Virus record (IMG/VR): IMGVR_UViG_3300043446_004437
Span: 152,025-216,024 of that record
Reading direction: 5' to 3' (one strand)
Length of the DNA stretch: 64,000 bases
Part shown: piece after piece, positions 1 through 7,462 of the stretch
Numbering within the stretch: the stretch's first letter is position 1
Layout: every line of letters begins with the position of its first letter
The notes under the pieces: model-generated
Seen by the model: the letters and a program-made list of their open reading frames with translations, nothing else
The model's database searches: none
Told to the model about the DNA's origin: nothing
Translations under genes and position numbers: made by a program

Positions 1-137
1 TCTCTATAGCCAAAAGGTGGTATAACATTTTTGTAACCAGCAATAAAGTCATCAGTTAACTTAAAAGAAAACATAGATGATTGTTTGGTAGCGATTGGGC
101 TTAGATCTGGATTACCATTCTCAATTTCTTCTGGCAT
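1..137 (-). CDS. nrdJ: N-terminus of probable class II (B12-dependent) ribonucleotide reductase, truncated by window edge
   Basis: Not in ORF track. ATG at 137 with SD AGGAG upstream; reads MPEEIENGNPDLSPIATKQSSMFSFKLTDDFIAGYKNVIPPFGYR. FSFKL..DF...Y....PPFGY resembles, from memory, the N-terminus of monomeric NrdJ of actinobacterial phages. Only 45 codons visible. Confidence 0.55.
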   Translation of the reverse strand, partial: MPEEIENGNPDLSPIATKQSSMFSFKLTDDFIAGYKNVIPPFGYR

Positions 138-145
138 TTTGACTC

Positions 146-844
146 CTATTGGTTAATCTTCTTGATGTATTTGGAATTTGTTTTTTCAATCTCTGTAGCT
201 TTAATTTTTAGTATATCTTGTACCGAATAAACCTTGTGTATTTCTCTTTCAAAGAAATAACCGCTTCTCCAGTTAAAAACATTATTAACATTCTTTTTGT
301 GGTTAACAAACATATTACATACTACCGCTCCGCCATAAGACTTAACGATGTTTGCAAGTTTTATTTTCAATTCTTCAACATTTAAACTATCTAAATCTTC
401 ATTCTCTCTAGCTTTTTCATATAACCAATTGAAAGCTTGTCTATTCATTGGCGATATGTCTATTGGGTCTATGACGCCTAATAGTATTGCTTTATTTCTA
501 TTTTTTCCTATCTCAATATCTTCTTTAACAACTTTTTTAAATAGGTCAAACCAGTCTCTTTCATTGAATTGAACCCAAGCCGTACACCAAAACAAAAGGT
601 TTTCTGGCGGAGAAGGAATCTGACTTTTCTCCGTATAAGGCAGTAGGGTAGCACAGCTTATTGCTCGCTTCATAAAAGCTTTTCTTGTATCTAAATCTTT
701 AGATTTTGATCCAGATATTTCCCATAGCTTATTTATATTTTTTTTCCAGTCTGTTGGACCAAGAAATATGTTTAGATATTTTTCTGCGACTTCAAAAGAT
801 ATTGTGTCTTCTTCTATAACTTTTTCTAAAATATCTAAAGACAT
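146..844 (-). CDS. hypothetical protein (232 aa)
   Basis: ORF track; AAAGGA SD-like sequence upstream; sits directly before the nrdJ-like gene; no recognisable motif. Confidence 0.8.
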   Translation of the reverse strand: MSLDILEKVIEEDTISFEVAEKYLNIFLGPTDWKKNINKLWEISGSKSKDLDTRKAFMKRAISCATLLPYTEKSQIPSPPENLLFWCTAWVQFNERDWFDLFKKVVKEDIEIGKNRNKAILLGVIDPIDISPMNRQAFNWLYEKARENEDLDSLNVEELKIKLANIVKSYGGAVVCNMFVNHKKNVNNVFNWRSGYFFEREIHKVYSVQDILKIKATEIEKTNSKYIKKINQ

Positions 845-889
845 TTATAATCCTTTATAAAACTACTAAAACTCATAAAAGAACCTTAT

Positions 890-924
890 AAAAAGATTAT
901 CCCGCTCCTAAGAGCGGGATAATC
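890..924 (-). terminator. intrinsic terminator (13-bp stem), possibly bidirectional
   Basis: Minus strand GATTATCCCGCTC-TTAG-GAGCGGGATAATC followed by TTTTT; the plus strand is followed by CTTTTC. Confidence 0.85.
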
Positions 925-955
925 CTTTTCTCATCGCTGAGCGTCGGTTTCCGTG
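890..955 (-). ncRNA. candidate ~65-nt small RNA or attenuated leader
   Basis: Lies between an extended -10 box (962-970) and the terminator at 890-924; contains only an 8-codon mini-ORF (934-908) with no clear SD. Confidence 0.3.
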
Positions 956-976
956 ATAATGATTATATCACAGAAA
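948..976 (-). promoter_or_regulatory. extended -10 promoter (TGATATAAT) inside an operator-like inverted repeat
   Basis: Minus strand TG-A-TATAAT at 970-962; 10/11-bp inverted repeat 948-958 / 966-976 straddles it; no good -35. Confidence 0.55.
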
Positions 977-999
977 ACATAGCGCTCACACTATGTTTT
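972..999 (-). terminator. intrinsic terminator after 1005-1637 gene
   Basis: Minus strand CATAGTG-TGAG-CGCTATG then TTTTCTG, starting a few nt after the stop at 1005. Confidence 0.65.
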
Positions 1000-1004
1000 G
1001 TTTT

Positions 1005-1637
1005 TTACAATGCTTTTGCGGATGGAACGCCTTTGTATTCTTTTGGATGTGCTCTACCGTAAATGGTAGTTGCATTTGGTTGACCGTATCCAGATTCGAA
1101 TACTGTTGCGCTAGCAACACCATGGACATCAAATGGCCTAAAGTATCCAAATGATGCTGGTGCACCCTGGGCCTCTGTTCTTGGTGCGTGCCCAAACCCA
1201 GTTGGCATGACTTCTGCTGCGGCAACGCCGTCAAATACAAAGTTGCTGTAAAAGCCATAGTACAAACTTCTTTTAGCGTGACCGCCATTAAGAGCTTTTG
1301 CGCCTTCAATACCTTTGTATTCATGAGGACGGAATCTTACGCCATCATATGTTGCGGTACCGTCAGCAAATGTGCCTGCTAATGGAGTGGTCCCAACATA
1401 TAAAGTTGAACCAGTAAAGAGCTGGGACATAAGAACGTTACCAGGACGGTTGCCTGTTCCTGGAGTATGGCCATTATCTGGACCACCTCTTAACAATTGG
1501 CTAGTGTTGTATAGAGGGTAGTAAGAATATGTACCCTTGCCCTTTGCTTTGCCAGTCATTGTGTAATATGGGTTAACCATATCGTTGGTGTTTTGGCCCT
1601 TTAAAACAGGTCTTGGACCAACATAAAATGTAGCCAT
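1005..1637 (-). CDS. hypothetical, probably virion, protein with internal repeats (210 aa)
   Basis: ORF track; strong SD AAGGAG; own upstream TTACTAT motif and downstream terminator; repeats RPHEYKGIEGAKAL / HPKEYKGVPSAKAL. Confidence 0.75.
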   Translation of the reverse strand: MATFYVGPRPVLKGQNTNDMVNPYYTMTGKAKGKGTYSYYPLYNTSQLLRGGPDNGHTPGTGNRPGNVLMSQLFTGSTLYVGTTPLAGTFADGTATYDGVRFRPHEYKGIEGAKALNGGHAKRSLYYGFYSNFVFDGVAAAEVMPTGFGHAPRTEAQGAPASFGYFRPFDVHGVASATVFESGYGQPNATTIYGRAHPKEYKGVPSAKAL

Positions 1638-1670
1638 TATTAAATCTCCTTATAGAGGATTGATACCCAT

Positions 1671-1677
1671 ATAGTAA
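1671..1677 (-). promoter_or_regulatory. putative phage late-promoter motif TTACTAT
   Basis: Intergenic, 33 nt upstream of ATG 1637; same 7-mer at similar spacing before three other structural genes. Confidence 0.5.
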
Positions 1678-1719
1678 AATTGCATATGAGTTTTTTGAAG
1701 CTTTATTTGAAAAATAAAA

Positions 1720-3003
1720 CTAGACATTCAGGGTATCGTAATCAATTATCAAATCAGATAATACTGGAGCCGTTTTATCTTCGAGCATATTAAGGGTTAT
1801 TTCTATCCACACCTCAGCTGAAGCCCCGGGATTTGTAACGGTATATGAAGAATCAATAGACTCGCTACCAGAATCAAATGGATATATAACCCTATAGGAA
1901 AACGCTTGTGAAATCAACGATCTTGGAACGTTAAAAATTACCGGATCAACTGTTATTGAAGATATAAGCTTATCTGGTGGAGCTTTAAAGTTTAAAATAG
2001 TTTTTCCGGAAGAGGCAAACTTATCATATCTGACGTCAAAATCAGATAAACCATAAGTGTAAATATATTTATTTAATTCTTTAAAATAGTTTTCTTGACG
2101 CAAAACCACTCTTATAGCCGTCATATCTAGATCGGCAAAATAGAAACACAGGGGGCCAGAATTTCTTATCTCATCAGAACCATTAATTATCCAAGCTCCA
2201 GGTGGAACATGCCCTACCGCCTCAACTTCACCATCATAAAGAGTATTATCATTTAACGGCGTCCACCCATCTGCGTCTGTTAGGGTCGGATTTGTTTTAT
2301 TAGTATATTCAATGGAATATACATTTACTGAGTGCATTGGATATGGGTTAAGTTTTACGCAATTAGTTTTTAGCGATCCAGTAAATTCAGCCGGTATCTT
2401 GCAATAGAACATCATCTGAGCTGCGCCCAGTGCATTTGTATCGGATATCAAGGTTCTACTCCAGACCTTAGATGGATCATCCATTATTGCATTATATACT
2501 GGCGTTGTATTTACGATTGCACCAGGAGTATCTATACCGCCCAAATTGTTTTGGATATTAGTTTTAAACAAATCAGGGACTACTTGACCAGCTGAAGAAT
2601 TATAAAACTTAACCTTTGAACTTGAGGCGTTTGGTACTTTGGGTAGAGTTATTATATTGTAATGTGGATCTACAGTTAACAGTTCATTGGGTCCAATTGA
2701 AAAATCTGTAGAATTAAATCTACTAAACTGAACCTGATTGAATGAATGTATAGATGCTCTATTACCACCAGCTTCTAAGGCTGAAATTCTATCTCTAAGA
2801 TCATTAACCGCATTCGATAACATTGCTTGATCTTTCAACACTCTTTCAAAAGCTTGTTCCAATTTTGAATCAACAACGTTTGCTTTATTGTATAAATACA
2901 ATAAGTCTTGATAGTTCTCTTCTATCCTGGAGTTATAATCATTGCTGTCTACTGGCCCACCATACTGCATGTCTCTTTTTTGGGTGTTCATTATTTCTGC
3001 CAT
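1720..3003 (-). CDS. baseplate/tail-fibre-associated structural protein (427 aa)
   Basis: ORF track; N-terminal coiled coil then beta-rich region; shares motifs with the 706, 640 and 882 aa neighbours; operon context. Confidence 0.55.
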   Translation of the reverse strand: MAEIMNTQKRDMQYGGPVDSNDYNSRIEENYQDLLYLYNKANVVDSKLEQAFERVLKDQAMLSNAVNDLRDRISALEAGGNRASIHSFNQVQFSRFNSTDFSIGPNELLTVDPHYNIITLPKVPNASSSKVKFYNSSAGQVVPDLFKTNIQNNLGGIDTPGAIVNTTPVYNAIMDDPSKVWSRTLISDTNALGAAQMMFYCKIPAEFTGSLKTNCVKLNPYPMHSVNVYSIEYTNKTNPTLTDADGWTPLNDNTLYDGEVEAVGHVPPGAWIINGSDEIRNSGPLCFYFADLDMTAIRVVLRQENYFKELNKYIYTYGLSDFDVRYDKFASSGKTILNFKAPPDKLISSITVDPVIFNVPRSLISQAFSYRVIYPFDSGSESIDSSYTVTNPGASAEVWIEITLNMLEDKTAPVLSDLIIDYDTLNV

Positions 3004-3004
3004 A

Positions 3005-3409
3005 TTATCTACCGTTCTCTAATCTAGTTACTTTAGTTTTTAATTTTGCCAAAATTGCCGATAACCCATTAAGCTTATTCAATAAAAAATCTGTTTCTTG
3101 CTGAGGGTTTAAGCCAGTTGTATCATCATAGTAAACTTTAATTGGTCTTAGATCATAAAATAAACCGTCACTGTATTTTTGATAATCTAATAAATTATTT
3201 AAATTTCCTACAAAATTATCAGAAATATTGTTTATATTTGATTCTGTTTTTGTTAATGAATTATTAATTTTATTAATATCTATAATAAAAAAATTTGATT
3301 CACGATTTTCTACTGTGCTATTTCTTGCCCCTCTATAGGTTTGTCTAAACCTTCCAAAAAATGGCTGCATCACCGTGTCTTTGGCTTTGCTCAAATATGT
3401 TATTGGCAT
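3005..3409 (-). CDS. small coiled-coil structural protein (134 aa)
   Basis: ORF track; tightly packed in the operon; heptad-like segments. Confidence 0.55.
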   Translation of the reverse strand: MPITYLSKAKDTVMQPFFGRFRQTYRGARNSTVENRESNFFIIDINKINNSLTKTESNINNISDNFVGNLNNLLDYQKYSDGLFYDLRPIKVYYDDTTGLNPQQETDFLLNKLNGLSAILAKLKTKVTRLENGR

Positions 3410-3417
3410 GGTTACCT

Positions 3418-5538
3418 CTACAGATCTTTATGTTTAAATTTTATTTTTATATAATCAACTTTAGGACTAGCAAAAGGATTGTCAAACCTAGTTAAGTCTA
3501 TTCTATACCTAATAGCTGTAGGCGCATTTGAATTATTAGATAGATAAGAAAATCTTGACAAACCGTTAACTGGAGCAGATGCTATTATCTCTTTTCTGCC
3601 AAAAGGATTATCAATTGTAAAATATAAGTTGTCATTCATGTTTCTATTTCTAAAATCAAAACTATTTAAATAGAAAAAATAATCAGTAAATATTACACCA
3701 TACTTAGAAAAATCTGTTCCGTTTGTTAAGGAAAAAGAAACCGCACCAGAAGAAGGCTTGTTATATGTCACCACTAAATCATTTATGCCACCTAAAAAAT
3801 TCCATTCTATATTTTCGCTTAATTTTCCTGCGGGTAGATCTGCTATCTTTACTCCATTTAAAAACACTGCTAAATCAAAGTCGGCAACTGATTTTTTAAT
3901 TGTGTTAATGGCTTTAATTTCTGTATCGCAAATAATTTTTGACTGTATAAAACCATAACTAGGCGAAGTTATTCCTGTTGATATAGACCCCAAGTTTTGT
4001 ACGAGTACATTTTTTAATAGTGTATTATCTAAATTGTTCACTTCCGAAAACCAATAGTTGACGTCTTTATATATTTGAGATTTGCTTCCTAAATAATAAT
4101 AATGTTTAAAAGAATTTAAATTTCCCAAAAGAATTGGAGAAATATAATTTTCATTATTCTCAAGAGCTGCTATTCTATATACATTTTTATCTTGATATAT
4201 TTTTTGGTTTGGATTTAGATCGTTTGCATTCTTAGAGGTTTGGTCTATTGGTATTAGTTGAAGTTCATTTTTTTTTGGAGATGAAGATATATATTTAATA
4301 TTTTTTGTAGAACCAGTAAAATTAACAAAGTTAGAAGAACCATTTTTATCTAAGCTCAATGGTGTTACTGGCGTCCAGTTAAAATCATAAATAGATATTG
4401 CACTTGGATTATCAACGGCTACGTAATAGGCGATTGCCCCATCATTTATATATTCCTCTTTTGCTTCTACCGCAACTGAATCTATAACAAGATGATTATT
4501 GTCAGATACTGGTAATTTAATTGGTTTTGAAATAATTGTACCAGTTTTTGATTTAGTTACCGAACTAATAATCAAATCCCTTAAACCAATTCTATAAACA
4601 TAAGGAGAAGACGATTCTCTGTCTATATAATCTGGTTCATTTTTTAATAAAATTAATTCTATAGAAGAGTAATTTCTTGGCTTAATTGAAAAATTAAAAA
4701 CATCATAATCCAAATTTGAATCTTTTACAAAAATTTCTTGAGGAGATGCGTCACTATAATTTACCTTCAACTGTGTTATAACGGGAGAAGAAGTTAATAA
4801 ATAACCCTGCACTTTAGAAAGTATTATATTTCTATTAATTGGTATATTTATAACTATAGAAACCGGATTTGGTGACTGAGTTCTATGCTCATAAATCCAA
4901 TATGTATCGTTCAAGCCATCAAAAACATTTGAAAAAGTTTCAACATCAATTGTATCTGATAACAAAAAACCATTTTCATACAAAGAAACTTTTGGTCTTA
5001 CGCCAGGTAAATTATCTGTAGCAAATATAGAATATCTATCGGAGTTTTCCGAATTTAATGCTGCGCAACTAGTTTGTATATCTACATATCCAGTGGTTAA
5101 AGGTATATCTATGTTTGATGTGCTTGAAAAATTTTCTGTGTACGAATAAAAATATCCATCTGAATTATTATTAATAAATAATAAATCATCTACTTTTGCT
5201 TCTAATAATTTTCTTTTTGTTTTTAATTGTTCAATTTTTTTATTTAAGGTTGTAACAACTCCAAAAAGTTCTTCGTTATTTTCTAAAATACAATCATACA
5301 AAATATCTAAATTAAAAAGACTGTTAACCATTAACTCATTTAATGTATCAACATTAGTTGTATCTGTACCGTTAAGTGCAGCGTAGTTTATGCTAAGTGG
5401 TAAACCTGGTTTGTTAATGGAAAAATAATCACTAAAGGCATTGAGTATCTGCTGATCGGTTGGCTTTGCCCCATTAGAATAATATAATTTATATATATTT
5501 TCTAGAAATCTTCTTTTTTGTATTGTAGATATGTTCAT
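3418..5538 (-). CDS. baseplate/tail structural protein (706 aa)
   Basis: ORF track; ATGA overlap with upstream gene; coiled coil then beta-sandwich motifs (YRIGLRDL..GTIISKP). Confidence 0.6.
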   Translation of the reverse strand: MNISTIQKRRFLENIYKLYYSNGAKPTDQQILNAFSDYFSINKPGLPLSINYAALNGTDTTNVDTLNELMVNSLFNLDILYDCILENNEELFGVVTTLNKKIEQLKTKRKLLEAKVDDLLFINNNSDGYFYSYTENFSSTSNIDIPLTTGYVDIQTSCAALNSENSDRYSIFATDNLPGVRPKVSLYENGFLLSDTIDVETFSNVFDGLNDTYWIYEHRTQSPNPVSIVINIPINRNIILSKVQGYLLTSSPVITQLKVNYSDASPQEIFVKDSNLDYDVFNFSIKPRNYSSIELILLKNEPDYIDRESSSPYVYRIGLRDLIISSVTKSKTGTIISKPIKLPVSDNNHLVIDSVAVEAKEEYINDGAIAYYVAVDNPSAISIYDFNWTPVTPLSLDKNGSSNFVNFTGSTKNIKYISSSPKKNELQLIPIDQTSKNANDLNPNQKIYQDKNVYRIAALENNENYISPILLGNLNSFKHYYYLGSKSQIYKDVNYWFSEVNNLDNTLLKNVLVQNLGSISTGITSPSYGFIQSKIICDTEIKAINTIKKSVADFDLAVFLNGVKIADLPAGKLSENIEWNFLGGINDLVVTYNKPSSGAVSFSLTNGTDFSKYGVIFTDYFFYLNSFDFRNRNMNDNLYFTIDNPFGRKEIIASAPVNGLSRFSYLSNNSNAPTAIRYRIDLTRFDNPFASPKVDYIKIKFKHKDL

Positions 5539-7457
5539 ACCTGTTTTACCTTTGCAGCCAATTTGTAAGAGTATACTACTGGAGCAATATTTGATGATCC
5601 TTTAACAATTTTAATTTTTACTAAAATATTTTTAACCTGCTGCGGCACCGTATACTCTACATTGTTTATACTAGTTTTTGGATAGTTCATATATTGAACA
5701 CCGGGTAACTTAAAACCAGTAGCTATGTTTTGATTAAATGCAAATATTTCCGGAACACTTATATTAGTACTAGAATTTGTTGTAAAACCATATTGGACAG
5801 GGGCTATTTCAATCCATTTTTGGCCATTATCTATTGATATATACCCCTGTATATAACCGCCAGATTCTGCTATTTCGTTATAATTGCTTTCTATATCTAA
5901 CATCACAGACTCTACTGGAGAATCAAAGACATAAGGCTTAGATATTATATCTGCAGATAATTCATACTCCTGATAGGCAATTGAAATATCTCTAATGCCT
6001 ATAGCCATTCTTTTTGCTGGAAGAACTTCTTTAGCTGTTTTTATTGGGACATTAAAAGTTTCTTCAAGTAACCCAGCGGAATCTGGTTCGTTTGAATTTT
6101 TTATTATAACACTTATATTTTTACTCAAAACATTATCTCTTTTAAAGATATTTGGATTTGTAAGATTTGGCACCAGTGCTGATTTATCATAGATGACTTG
6201 TGTGTATAGCTCTTTATTAACAGCTTCTGGATTAAATCTGTTAACACCATAAAATGGACTGTTGTCTGCGTTACTCGCCTCGTAATTTGTTTGCCAATAT
6301 GTATGTAAAATTTCTACGTTTTGATAGTATGGTTGTTCTAAAACAACTCGACACTCTTTTAAAATTCTTTCTGAAAAGAAAAATGTAGCGGCGTTTAAAG
6401 AATAGTTTTTTAAAGATTCTTTAGTAAGATTTTCTATCGATAAACCTATAAAAAATTCTTCTTTCAATATTTGTTCTATGTTCCCAGCATTATCTGTTAG
6501 ATGTATTTCTTTTACTTTAACTATCTTTGATGAATCAAAATATGGAGTTATATTGATCGAATTTGCTTTTTGACCAGCAGCTGCTTTGATTGTAAAATCA
6601 AATATAAGAGGTTGATTTACGTCATGATCGGCCCAATTAATTAAAGAATTTTGTTCGGCCGCGACCAATGTAGAATCATTAACTATATAGCTAAACTCGA
6701 GTGGACTTCTGTACACGTTGTCATTTGGTTCTACTTTTATTGCCTCGTATATATAATGTGTTACTGGATTAGAATCAACTAAGCTGCCAACAAAAGAAGA
6801 GCTTGCAGAACTTGCAAAACTGTATTCATAATTTATACCAGAAATACTATTTTCTTTTTTGACCGCTAAATTATTATTGCCAATAAAACCATTTGAAGGA
6901 TTAACAGTAACCAAATTTGCAAACCATTTGATTGGTTTATCTTTTATTCTTAAAGAAGCAAAACCATTTTGTATCATAGGATTTTGATTTGATTGTATTT
7001 TTGCCCAATCAATATAATCGCCATTCTCAAATGAATCGCCATTATAAATCAGATCATTTGAAGGACTCTTGCTGTACATTTGCAATACTTTTGTTTTTGA
7101 AAGAATTCTTTCTGAATACTTTTTTTCATTTTCTATTTCCGAAGTAAATAGATTAAACAGGCTAACAGCTTTAGCATTTAAAAAATCTAATTGTTTAGCT
7201 GAAACATTTATATCGTCTCTTATAGAATTTATAAACTTGTTAACCTTAGTCGAAGAGGGTACTTCGCTATTTTCAAACAGCTCTAAAGATGTTCTAGGCG
7301 AATTAATTTTGTCGTAAATTTCGCTTAGATTTTTGTTAAAATCTTTTAACACATCTTCCTTAGTTACATATTCTCCAGCAGCCTGCTTCTTGAGCATCTC
7401 TGCGATGCTCATCGCGATTTGGTCATACACTAATGTTATGGGAGAAAGTTGCGCCAT
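5535..7457 (-). CDS. baseplate/tail structural protein (640 aa)
   Basis: ORF track; paralogous motifs (AIGIRDI..ADIISKP, ISIDNGQKWIEIAP). Confidence 0.6.
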   Translation of the reverse strand: MAQLSPITLVYDQIAMSIAEMLKKQAAGEYVTKEDVLKDFNKNLSEIYDKINSPRTSLELFENSEVPSSTKVNKFINSIRDDINVSAKQLDFLNAKAVSLFNLFTSEIENEKKYSERILSKTKVLQMYSKSPSNDLIYNGDSFENGDYIDWAKIQSNQNPMIQNGFASLRIKDKPIKWFANLVTVNPSNGFIGNNNLAVKKENSISGINYEYSFASSASSSFVGSLVDSNPVTHYIYEAIKVEPNDNVYRSPLEFSYIVNDSTLVAAEQNSLINWADHDVNQPLIFDFTIKAAAGQKANSINITPYFDSSKIVKVKEIHLTDNAGNIEQILKEEFFIGLSIENLTKESLKNYSLNAATFFFSERILKECRVVLEQPYYQNVEILHTYWQTNYEASNADNSPFYGVNRFNPEAVNKELYTQVIYDKSALVPNLTNPNIFKRDNVLSKNISVIIKNSNEPDSAGLLEETFNVPIKTAKEVLPAKRMAIGIRDISIAYQEYELSADIISKPYVFDSPVESVMLDIESNYNEIAESGGYIQGYISIDNGQKWIEIAPVQYGFTTNSSTNISVPEIFAFNQNIATGFKLPGVQYMNYPKTSINNVEYTVPQQVKNILVKIKIVKGSSNIAPVVYSYKLAAKVKQV

Positions 7458-7462
7458 GGTTG

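Noticed and set aside
888-960. Cobalamin riboswitch or hammerhead ribozyme upstream of the nrdJ block
   Set aside because: Too short and lacks the B12-box, and there is no CUGAnGA hammerhead core.
986-1324. 112-aa minus-strand ORF overlapping the 210-aa gene, and similar alternative-frame ORFs (44464, 45389, 45656, 49034, 59957, 60206, 61040, 61280, 63119)
   Set aside because: Out-of-frame by-products of low-complexity or GC-richer coding sequence; no independent start signals.
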